DNA of 59,478 bases from Klebsormidium nitens (lineage: Eukaryota; Plantae; Klebsormidiophyceae): contig DF237492.1 of the NCBI GenBank assembly GCA_000708835.1, positions 1 to 59,478 on the forward strand, read 5' to 3'. Under the pieces are notes generated by a model that searched no databases, had not been told where the DNA came from, and saw only the letters and a program-made list of their open reading frames with translations. This document shows positions 30,001 through 41,900 of this stretch, in pieces (the first letter of the stretch is position 1; each line of letters opens with the position of its first letter). The position numbers were made by a program, and so were the translations under genes.

Positions 30001-32077
30001 TAGCGAGCTATTGTCAATGCTATCGTTGAGCTGATCCGGTTACCCCCCCCGATTAGCTCTGTGCTAATGGCTTCTATACCTCCTTCGCCTCCTTTATTAG
30101 CAAGAAGGTTAGCCAAAGTCACAACAGTCTTGTCGAAGCAGCCCGTGTTCTTAGCAATGACCAAATACAGAGAGTCTTTCTATCTAGAACGGATGGAAAG
30201 TCTCCGCAAATTGTTCAGCGTAGCTCTTCGAGTGGATTCGTCCGACTGGCCTCCAAGTTGGTGAACCGCGTTCTCTGCAGGTGGCGTCACGGTGGGGCCC
30301 GTCTGCCCACTCGTCGATCTGCAAAACAACCGATTCGGGCGGTTGGATTGCTTCTACCAGCCTCAGCTGACGCCTGCAAGTTCGGGAGACTGTAACTACG
30401 ATATAGTCACCGGTCGTCTCGTACTTCCCGGCTCCGCCTCCTAATCCAATCCCGTGCCCGGGTGAGCCGCTACAGGTCAACGATACTTGGGGTGTTGTCA
30501 ACACTTTTGTAGAGATGAAAATTAGTCTCGGCGATTAGATAACTGGGCTACAGAAGGCGCCCTTGCAGATTGCACTTTTGATGTGGTGTAAAATAAATCC
30601 GGGAATGTAGAAAGAGAATGTAGTCTGCGTGGCTCCGGCGATGCTCTTTGCACCTGGCGGTCGCTGCTACTCAGGGGTTGATCGCGCGCATGACAACGCT
30701 ACCCTTGTCTGAAATGTTCAAGACAACGCTTTGGTTGTGAGTCTGATCAAACGTTCAAGACCGACTGCTTACGATCTTAAGCTGCTGACTTGTACCTTGT
30801 CTAGATTTGATACCGTAACCCTTCGTCAAAGTCGAATGACCTCGTCACAAAGAAGCGTCAACACTTTCGCTTTGGACTCCAAACTGCATCAAATTAGTGG
30901 GCTTCTCATTCATTGGCAACCGCTCAACCGGCATCGATACACGAACAGTAGCCCATCGCGGCCACTTGAAGACTCTCTTAACCGACCATGAGGTGCGCCG
31001 CGTCCGCACCCTTGCCCATCTGTCTCTTGACCCATTTCCAAACCCGTTTTGTAATCAGATTTCCCCAGAATCCCCAAGATCCCGGAATAGGGTTCGAGTA
31101 CCTCATTCTCCAGGCTTACTAGTATTACCCACACCCATCCTCCAGATTATTCCGAGTGAACCGGCTTCGTCAAGAGCCAAAGGCTTTTGTACCCTGTATT
31201 GCAGCAAGCACGAGCGTTGCCAACGCCTGCCCCCTCGCGTCAGTAGTCGCCCCGAATGGAGTCACCCAGAGCGTGCAGGCCGTCAACGTTCAATGCCGCT
31301 ACATCAATCAGGACAATGAATTCCAAGGAAGCTGTATTTACGATCAACGTGGCTATTTGGTGGCCTATGACGCATTCTCCGCCTGTCCTGGACCGGTGAG
31401 TGCTATTTGATTACCTGCCGCTTGGTGACATTGGCGTCAGGATTACGTGGATGTCTCGTCCGACAAAGGAATAATGGGTAACGGTGCAAAAGCTGTTGAC
31501 GATTCCATAAGCTTCCACGTCGTACAGAAATCATGAGTTTCGTCTTCTATCACGGCTGAAAGAAAGGATCAGGCCATCAGATCCAACAGTGGAAGAGTGC
31601 GTACAGCATGTTGCTGCCACAGACAATCTGTGATCATCAATTTGTGAAGCTGGTCTGTGTTGAGCTATTAGTCTGGTTCTGTCCAAGCAACGGCGCGCTT
31701 TCGTGCTTCCAATTCCGATTGCGGACTCGCGCTGTTATAACCACGCTCATTCCTACGACTTCCCGGTGCCCGCCTTCCAGGTGGCGGCTCCCCCGACGAG
31801 ATGCAGCAGCAGCACCGATTGTGCCGCCATCCCGTCGGGCACCCCCGGTTCGTCCAACCGGTGCTCTTGCACTTTTTCCATCGGCGGCAACACCGCGACC
31901 TTCTGCCAGGCTGACGTAAACTGCCGTGCATGCACCCGGGGCTGCAACCGGGCGGCCGATTGCCCCCCCGGGTACAGCTGCGCGCCCGACTGCGGCGGAG
32001 CTCCCCCCCCGGCAGCGAATCTCACCGGGGTCTGCCTGCCCAACTGTGGCACCGCGCCTCTTCCGCTGGGTTGTTAG
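27084..32077 (+). CDS. Putative secreted Cys-rich modular protein (four CP-x-CxY-x-CxY(D/N)xxG modules, Pro/Thr linker, Cys-rich C-terminus); one exon frameshifted
   Basis: Exons 27084-27116 (tentative, MQSKKMTISLS), 27466-27595 (VFATALGQ...RKLMQ), 28037-28240, 28976-29155, 29578-29670 (LTPA repeats), 30281-30461 (181 nt, in-frame TAA at 30442), 31205-31395, 31781-32077. Most internal exons are symmetric phase 1-1. Confidence 0.68.
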
Positions 32078-32998
32078 TGCACGAGTTGTGTGGAAGGGCG
32101 AAGGCCCGGGTTAGAGGGGAAACCGATGGACGTTTTGTGGAATAACCGGCCACGTGGCGTGAAGCGCGCGCACAAGGTGGCGGCGTGTTAAGGCACGTCT
32201 CGGCGGGTTTGTATAGAGACTTGATTTGCGGAAGCGAAGTATAAATGCTTCTCGCATCTTCTCAGCTCTCACGAACTTGGTCAACAGTGTGTACATAAAA
32301 GTCGTCCGGCCGTCATAGCGCCTGCCAGTGTGGATTCAAAAATTATGTGGAAGAGTAAGAACGTGCTTTATCAGAGACAAATGGAAATTAGACTTAATTG
32401 CCGCCGGAAGCAAAGTATAGACGTTGCTCCTTTTTTCTCAGCTGTAACGCCGTTGGTCAATATTGTGTACATAAGATTCAACCGTCAAGGCCTGCGAGTG
32501 GGGCTTTACTGAATACGCGAAAATCAAAAACGTTGCATGTGGTGGATTCATTGGGCGACCTCCAAGTGAGATAAATCGCACCCCCATTCGCCTTGGATCC
32601 GTCGTTGTCCCATCTGGCAATGCACAGATGAATCCGCAATGTCAGACCTTCAGAACCTGACGGTTCCATGGCACTTTGACATGTGGATCCGCAAAGTTGG
32701 GCCGGGAGTCGAGTAGTCAGTAATCCCTTCGGTACTAAATGGGTGGCAATTTGTGCAGTAACACCGTCCAATTTGCACCTCATCTGACGAACACCACAAA
32801 TAAGGGAAAGACAGCCATTTAGTATAGGCTTCACATACCTTAGGAATCCCTATAACCTTGGTTCACCTAAAGAATCTAGTACCTTAGCCCGTCACTCTAT
32901 CTTTACGCTTTATAAGTCTTCTAAAAGCACCATAGCTTATACACTGCTCATCCCTTGCCCGCTCCACTACCCTATGCCCTCCTTATCGCCTATGCGCC

Positions 32999-35900
32999 TC
33001 ACGGCCGCCCTATACTCGGCGGCGCGGCCTCGACCAGCCCCGCCAGCCGGGGATCCCCCCGGAGCCGCCCGTCCATCTCGTAGTATTTTTGCAGCGCCTG
33101 TTCCTCGTGCTTCTTCAGTCGCTGCTCCAGGATGTGAATACGGAACATCGACTCCTCGGTCGTTTTCTCGTACTCTTCCTCTTCTTGCCGCGTCATCTGG
33201 TCGCGGTCCCGCTGGAAGTTCGCCTGCCGCTTCGCCAGCGCGGCCGTCTCCTCGTCGTGGCGCGCCTGGGGAAGCGGTTAATGGAGGGGTTAGGACGCGG
33301 TTGGATGTAACGAAAGCGGTTTAGAATGCCGCGAGCTCAAGTAGAGGTCTGGATTGACCAAAAGAGACTCGACCAGCGCGGCCGTTTCCTCGTCGTGCCG
33401 CGCCTGGGGAAAAGATAGAGGAGGGATCAGGACGTGGTAAGGTTGATTGAACGGGTTAAAAATACGGTGTACGCTCAAGCGGAGGTTGGGCCTAACCATT
33501 TAGGACTTCGCCAGCGCGGCCGTCTCCTCGTCGTGGCGCGCCTGAAGAAACGGTAGACGGGGGTTAGGACGTGGTTGGGCTTGACAAGAAAAAATAACTT
33601 AGAGTGCGGTTTTGGTTCGAGCAGAGCTTAGGTTTAATCATACAGGACTTGGCCAGCGTGGCCGTCTCCTCGTCGTGGCGCGCCTGGAAGGAGATGAAGA
33701 AATGGGTTTGCTGTCAAGCTCAGTGGTGTTTCCGCCTGGGTAATTGCAAGCGGATGAGGTGCAAAGAAGGGAACTTTCAGCCAATCAAGAAACGGCGAGT
33801 TAAGGTGGAAAGAAATTGACATCTGAGCTTCGAGCTCTAGAGAAGTAAAGGCGTTGACGGTGAACATTGATCGCTTTGCTCAGATCTGAAGAGGGTAAGA
33901 CCGGAGAAGGCGATTCGGTCGAAGAAGTAGCATCACCCTTACTGCCAGTGCTCAGGAACGCATATGGAACTTCTCTTCAAGCTGGCCCTACAGGTTCTGA
34001 ACTGTCTGGAGAAAAAGGTTCCTGATCCCTGTGCAAGTCCACTATCTATCATTGTGATCCCGACTCGTCGACACTAAGGAGAAGATATTGCCCCATAAAC
34101 AATCATAAACCACCGGCTGAGCCACTCAAACGTAAGTGAAGGCGTCAGCGTTGACTGAGAAAAGAGCCATCTCTAGTTCCAAGTACTGCCTTACCTGGTC
34201 CATTCCACTATCTATCATCGTGATCCCGACTCCTCGAGACTAAGAAGAATGAATTGCTACAATGAAAAGTACAATCGACCGACTAAACCACTTAAACGTA
34301 AGTGAAGGCGTCAGCGTTGCCTGAGAAAGGAGCCATCTCTAGTTCCAAGCATTACCTGGATGATGTTGGCGCGTTCGATGAGGCGGTCCTTGAGCGCGCG
34401 CAGGCACTTCTCGCGCGTCTCCAGCATCTCCTGCCGCGTCAGCAGCTGGCCCGCGCGCGCGTGGGGCGGCAGGAACGGCGACAGGTAGTCGTTCTCCACC
34501 TGCAAAGAGTTGGAAACAAAAGTTCAGACACCAAAAGGCTTTTCAAACAGGGGAACACTTTGTGAACATGCGCGCGAATGTGCTCCTTCAGGAAGGCGAG
34601 GGCGGGAAGAACAGGCGGCAAAACTTATTTTCCAATTTATGCGAGAGTTGACAGAACCCGTGGAAGGAGAAGTGGAGTACAGTTTTCCAATCTAAACCCC
34701 CACACCGATCAGAACCCTCTTTAAGCAGGCCAGGGATGCACGCGTGAATCACGGAACCCCACAGTAACGTAACCTCGGGGTACTCTTGACCGATCGACCG
34801 AGGGCTCAGACCCCGCATGCAGATCTGAAACTTTGACCGGTCAGCCGCACGGAAGTGGTCGGGGACTCAAACATAACCAGCCCAGCTACTTGAACAGCTG
34901 CGCGCGCACGGAGTACCATTCGGTGTGGGGGTCTCGGACTGCAAACTGCAGTCCGCGTTCTCCTTCCATCCGTTCTGACACCGTAAAATGGGAGCGCCTT
35001 ACACTCCAACAAAGGAACAAGAACAAAAGCGTATGATGGCTTCAATATATCTTCCCGGCGGCTGTGATCGAAAAGGCGGTGACACCGAGCCGTGCTCAGA
35101 AGCGGAAAGCGCGAGGCGCAAGTCCAAATGCACTTCCGCAACAACCACAGTGCCCTTATCATTCCCCTTCGACTGTTTTGGCGAGAGCGCATGGAAGAGG
35201 CCCGAGGGGATGGGATAAATCTCATCGGCAAGTTAGCGAAAAACGAAATGGAGGGGAGCGGAGAGGGGAACGCACTCTGCAACGATCGTCGTTCTCCTCT
35301 TTTCCGATGCGCACCCGTTAAAAAGCGGAAAGCCGGCCGACAACAGTATCCAGGCGGAAAAGGGGGATGCAGGGAAGCGGACAGCGGAACGGGAAGAACG
35401 ACAAACGGAACGGACCTTTGCGACGACCACGGTGTCCTCATCGCCTTCCGATGAGCGCCCGTCAGGGAGCGTAAGATGAGAGCCCAGAATAGGACGCAAG
35501 CTCGTATAAGGAAGAACGGCGATGCAGGAAAGCGGAACGCGGAACGGACAGTAGCGGAACGCACCTTCGCAACGACCACGGTATCCTCGTCGTCGGTCTC
35601 CTCCTTCTTGACGGGCGCTTGTTAGACAAGGAAGCCGAGGGGCAAAAAGGTTGCAAAGTGGAGGGCAACCAACGAGGAAGCGGAATGCGGAACGGAGGAA
35701 GCGGAATTGAATGTGGAACGGATACGAAGAGAAAGCGAAACGCACCTTCGCAACGACCACGGTGTCCTCGTCGTCGCTCTCCTCCTTTTCAACGTGCGCA
35801 CATTTAAAAAGAAACCTCTGGAAGCCGAGGGGAGATAAGAACGCAAAGTGGATGCCCTTGACCTGGAAGCGGAATGCGGAACGAATACGAACGGAAAGCG

Positions 35901-38900
35901 GAACGCACCTTCGCGACGACCACTGTATCTTCGTCGTCGCTCTCCTCCTTCTTGACGCGCGCCACGTCGTAGTAGGGCACCTTGAGCACGATCGTGTGCT
36001 CCTCGCGCGCGCGCGCCTCCAGGATCTCCGCCGTCTCGCGCTCGCTGTCGCGCACCGCCTGCTCAAAAAGACGAACACGGTCCAAAAAATCTCACGAGAC
36101 CCCCAGGTTTTACAAAGAAAAGCCACGAGTATAGAAAGCTGAGAGTGCCAGGAATGAAGCTTCCGCGCGCACTGGCGCGCATTGCGGAAGGCGTTTTGTG
36201 AACGGTTTGGGGATTTTTCAGAAAAGAAAGTCCAGCTTTTGGCGGCGAACCTCCTCCATAGCAGAGTAAGAAAAGGAAGGGGTCTAAGATTGAAGCATCT
36301 CGCGCACAGCCTGCGTAAAATACGATCCACCACGGTTCATCGTACATTCATGAGGACTCCAGCATTTTATGAAGAAAAAGAACGGAGGGAAAATGCTGAG
36401 GTAATCAGGGTTGAAGCGTCTCGTGCTCGCTCACTTGAAAACGTCGGAAGCAAACTGACGAACTGAAATGGTTCATGACCTTTTCTACTTATCGAAAGTT
36501 TCTGACATGAATGAAGCCAGAACTGCAGATGAATAATTCTGGAAATCCGAAGCAGCCACCCACCTGCATGGCGGCGCGTTCCGCGGCTAGCATCCGCTGG
36601 TATTCCGCCGCGAGCTGGGCGGAATCGAGCCTGGGCGCGAGCGGATCGACTTCCGACACCGTTGCGGATCCGTCTTTGCCGTACGACCGGCTCGAAGCGG
36701 TGATTCGATTGTCGGCGTAATGCAGGGTTAGCTTGATAGAATCGGGGTTAAGCTTGAACGTCCGTTTGGCAACGTTCTGGTTAGCGGGGAGAGTAGGGTC
36801 GCTGGCAAACCTGCGGAGAACAAATAGTCCTGGGTCCGGTTCTGGTTCCGGGTTGCTCTTGACCAAAGCAAAAAAGCTGTCGAAAAGATGGTGTTTCTCT
36901 AGAGGTGGCCGTTCTGACTTCCGGGAAGAAACCAGGGGCATGGGCAGGGATAAGTGAATCAAAGGGAGCCCTATGTATGGATTTCGACGTTCCAAAATAC
37001 GGCTCTAGCGCCGCTTCGGCAATTCTGCGACTACTCAAACAAAGTATATCCCTGAAAAGTTGTCGAAAGCGGGAAGTTACGCACAAGCTGACAGAACGAG
37101 ACAGCCACCTTCGAGAATCGGGAAGAGCAACACACTCGGAATCGACAGAAGGCAGAGCCGGATTTGAATTATGTTCAGAAAATTTCGCCAGATTGCTTCG
37201 AAGACGCAGCGTCTTCTTTACTTAAGCTTTGCAACACCAGCTACGCTTAGAACGTCGAAAATGCACGCTGGTTTGCAGCTTCCTACGACTCAGGATCCTA
37301 GTTCCACGCTCAATGCGTCTCGATTTCACTATTCGACCAGCTTCAACATCCGGTGTGTAAGGCTTCTTACAAGTAACCCGTTTCCATGGTTTGAATGACA
37401 AACTTACTTTTCGGTCAGCTTCACGATCGGCAGGGACGCGTCCGCCTTCTTCCGGCTCCGCAGCCCCGACCGTTCGGTGCCCGACTCGCTGCCGCCGTCG
37501 CTTCGATCTACAGGGCCTCCCTCCTCAGTCTTCCGTTTCAGTCTCTCATTCAGCAGATTCGCGTTTCTGAGAGAGGCCCTGTGTTTGTGGGGCTTGCCCG
37601 GGCGACCGTTACCGCCCTTACCGCCGGGGCCGGTTCCTGCAACGGTGCCCCGGCTGTTGTGGCTGCCGGAATCGCTGGAGGGGCTGTCCGCGCGCGAGGT
37701 GGCGTCCGACTGGAGGTCCGAGAAGGCTCCTGACGGTTCCGCCGGAATGGCCGGAGCGCCGAAGACGGCCTTGCGGAAGAGGAGGCGGTCGTCGCGACCT
37801 TCGAAGACTTCGACAGTCTTGGCTTGGAGAACCTGAGGAACAGATCAAGAAAAACTTTGAGTTAAGCAGGTTAAGGAGGGGGTCAAGTTCACAAAAAAGG
37901 TTGCTAAAGCGGGAAACCTGGGCCCAATTCCAGCTCTGAGAGCAAGGTGTAAGTTTAGTGAAAGATCCGACTGGATCAACAGAAGCGCAAGTCCAGAACG
38001 GAGCAGGTTGTAATGTGCACATGTATCAGCAACTTCGACGTCATGCGGAGCAGTTGGCAAAACCGTAAACTTTCTTTCTCTAAAATCAGAGACGCGAACC
38101 ATGGCCTTTTCGTTGTCTAAAACACTTCGATCGACAATCAAAGCACTCTGGACGGTCCTTTGTTACGGGCTGTTCAAGTAACAGCAGACGCGGGTAAGAA
38201 TCGTTGACGACCTAGACCTCTTCCGCAGAGGAAGCTTCAAAGCTAGAATCTGCATATGGTCAGATAAAAATGATCGGAGCGGTTTACCTCTTCTCTGACC
38301 AGCAGACCGTCCAGCCGCGAGCTCGGGTAGAAGTGCATGGTGCGGCTGACGTTCTTGACACTGATCAGCTCTTTCAGGCCGAAAACGGTTCCAGTGTCAA
38401 ACTTCTCGTGGATCTGCACGCGGTTAGAAATCTCTGTCAGGACTGTCATCGGCAGGTCAACGGAGAGCTTCTCTGGAGATAAGCTAGCTCAACTTGATTG
38501 ACTTCTATAAGACTGAGCAACCGGCTTGAGACAGCAAAATTCCGAACTGGTTCTCGGTAATCGAAAGGCCGCAAATACTCAAAGGAGGCGACCTAGGACC
38601 CGCAACTCCTCTACAAACAGACATCACGTGAGCTTTCAGATTGGTCGCTGAAGACGCCATTTAGATCACAACATGGTCCGGTTAGTGCGCTTTGTGGATT
38701 GGCGCCCTTCTTCAACGGTGATCGCTGGGGTGCCGCGGAAAGCACTAATGAGAAACGCCACTCTCGTGTCCTCTCCACTGCTTCCGCTCGGTACGATGCA
38801 TGTAAGATCCGCTTTCCTTTTCTTGTCAGTAGGAATCTTCGCAAAAGTTGTGCTCGGCACAACTGACTGACCTTCAAACATATTGACGATTCCCAGTTGA

Positions 38901-41900
38901 TAAAGTGCGCATCCGCCTCTCGTGCAGCGACTGTTTCAGCCCATCAAGAGCCGTACCCCTCTTCCCCCTCCTTATCCACTTTCAACGTTTTTAACTTTAG
39001 GCAAGGTGAATGATGTCTTCTAGTGCAGAATAACCAGAGTATGGATCTGATTTCCCACCCTGTCCTCCAGCGAGCCTTTCGCTACATGTGCAGGGCTCCT
39101 CTCGCTATCCAAGTCCCCTCTCATTAGTAATCACGTCTAAGTAAAGGGAATTTCACTGAATATTGCGAAATCTGGGCACTAGATTACAATACACGCGGTG
39201 TTAATCAATCCGCCCACCTTGTCTTCCAACGGGTGACTCCGCCGCCCGCGGACCCATCTCCGCTTTTAACCCCTCCCAGCACACAAGCTTCCACTTTATT
39301 AACCAGTGCAACAACGTTACAGGGGGGTAAAATTCAGTTTGAAATGGCCCCCCCACCTTGTCTTCCAGCGGGTAGCTCCGCCGCTCGCGCAGCCGGTCCT
39401 TGCGCCGCTGAAAGCACTCGCGCCGCTCGCGCAGAATGGTGCGCGCGTCGTCCGAGAAGACGCTGATGCGCTGCGTGAGGCCGTCCCAGCGCGCGTTCTC
39501 GCCGTACGACGAAAAGATCTCCAGCGTGCACCGGTGGAACACCGTCACCTTGGTGCCCTTCAGACACCTGTAAAAGTTGGGTGTCGTTTGTTTGTTCACT
39601 TCTTTCTTTTCTAACTTTAAGTCAGTTTTCAAACGTTACCAGCAGCGAAAGATCTTCAGCGTAAAATGGTAGACCTGGTGCCCTTGAGACACCTGTAAAA
39701 GTCGGTGCGTCGTTTTTTTTCACTTTCCGGTATGCATCTTTTTATCACCCTCCCCCTCCTCATGTCAAAAATCTTCTCAAGCTCGGCCAAGCTCGGCCAA
39801 GCTCCTGATCCTTCGTCATTCCCCAGATCATCGTAGCAATGGCGAAAGGCCCCTCAAGCGTCTGCCGATGGACACTCCTGAAACCTGCTTATCTTCTTCT
39901 CTTAGCTCAACGACGATAATTTAACTTGAAAAGGAGACAATAATTGCATTCTTTGGAACTTTAAGTCCTCCATAAGCCTGCACATCCGTTGAAAGACCCG
40001 TCTGCGCCAAGAAAGTAAGGCAATCGGTTGAATTTTACAGGTCTTGTTCCAAGCACGCGTTGGGGTTTTGATTTGATTCAAAGTATCTTTCCAATGCAGG
40101 CGTGGCTCAACTGCAACTCTTTGCAGAAAGAGTGTGCAAGGTAGAGAGTCGAAGATCTTTACACAGCTTCTAATCCAAATCAGTGGTTTTAGAAACCCGT
40201 CTCTGATGCTGATCATCCGCACCTGGTGTCGAACGCCTCTCTGCTGATGGCCAATTTGGGAACCCAGCTCGCGGGCAGCATCCAGTGGTTCAGCAATTCC
40301 CGGGGGCCTTGTTCCTCTTTCTGTCGACTTCCGCTCCGGCCGGAAACCTCAGATCCGCTGTTCTCCTCAAGAGGAATGGGGCCCTGAAGCGTCCCGTGCC
40401 GTGACGTCATGCTGCGGTTCGTTGTCAGGCCCCGACTGCGGGTGGTAGATTGTAACTCGTCTGGCAGAAGAGGCAGGAGCGTTACGACAGGCTGCGGTTA
40501 CGCTTGAAAATCTGCGCCCTTTTTCCTTTTGCTAAAGGGAAATAGGCGCACCAAAACGGAAAAAAAAAAAGGTTTGGAGAGGGATAAGTCTCCAAGTCCC
40601 TACTGCGATGTCTTGCTGTCTTAACTGCTTCTTCGTTCCTACTCTTGTGATTATAGGCCCTGACTTCTCTCTTCCGTCGCTTCATTCTCGCTTCTGCAGC
40701 TTCAATATAAGTTCAGACCAGCCCCTTAATCTGCATCAGAGGCTGGAGAACTAGAGTGGAAAGCTTTTGCAAACGAAGTGCACATCTCCTCACCAGTGTC
40801 TCACCGTCTCTTTGGACGTCCCAATCGGCCCCCAGACCCCCTACCTGGCTAACCTAATGAAAATTAGGGCGAAATGAGGTGTTAAATGCAATCAAAGTGT
40901 AAAGCTCCTCACCAAGGTCTGACCCTTTAGGCGTCCCGATCGCCGTCCGCCCCCCCTCCCCGACCGCATTCACACCCCTGGCCAGAGTCTCCGCCAAACC
41001 GCCCGGAGTCTTCTCCCGACCAAGCGTCCCCTTGCCCAGCAAAGCCTCGACCGCCCCCCGGCGAGCCGTCCCGGGCGTCGAACCATCCCCCGTGATCGAG
41101 CCGCGCGAATTGGCGCTGACGTCATCGCCGGCGTCATCCGCCGCGGGCGCGCGCGCGCGCTCCGGTGTGACGTCGTCCAGGACGCGCTCCCACTTCTTGA
41201 CGTGCTTCAGGTCCCAGCTGACGTCAGCGATGCCTTCCCGGCGCGGGTTCGGCTGCATGTTGACCCAGACGTTGACGTCATTCCAGACCTCTTCGATTCC
41301 GTGGTAGGGGGATCCGGTCAGGGCGTATTTCACCCCCGTGCTGGGTTCGACGAAGAAGCCCTCCGCGATTTCTCTGTGCCCGGGAGCGACCATAACCCAA
41401 CAGTGCACCCGCTGCCGGTCGAGCGGATCCTTTTCCCTCGCCGTTCCGCCCCGATCGCCGGACGTTCCGCCGGAAATCCCCTCTCCCTCGCGACTTTGTA
41501 AGCTTTCCCCGCTGGCTGTATTCATGCGGGAGACTCCCTCGTCGACTCTTTTCTCCGGCGGAACCTCTAGCCCTTCCGCCGCCATCTGGGCGCGCATGGT
41601 TCCGGCGGAAATCCGGCGGGGGGCCGCCGACTGATCGCTCCTCCGCGGCTGGGTGGCGCTCATTCCGCGCGAGCTGGCTCCGCTCTGGCTTCCGGCGGAA
41701 GAGATCTCTCCCCGTTCTTCTTGCTGCTTCGCGAAAGCGCTTTCAAAGTTGGGCAGCTCTTTGACTTGGTACTTGCTCGGAGGGGGCGGCACCGACGGCC
41801 GATTCTTCGGATCCGCTGTTCCGGCGTGCGACTTTCCGGCGGAGTCAAGAGGGAAGACTGCAGCAGTAGTTCCTCTTCGGTCCTGCAGATACGGAGACAT

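Noticed and set aside
35233-36333. 366-aa and 257-aa minus-strand ORFs (also 34806-35579)
   Set aside because: They are chance read-throughs of a DRC7 exon, its echoes and pyrimidine-rich intron. Only 35909-36058 fits the spliced model.
38611-38881. Nested ORFs in DRC7 intron 16
   Set aside because: They are short, lack a domain signal and are not needed for frame continuity.
40402-40409. TGACGTCA as a branch point with acceptor at ~40385
   Set aside because: The phase does not match the upstream donor. The sequence is coding (MTS) in exon 40223-40460.
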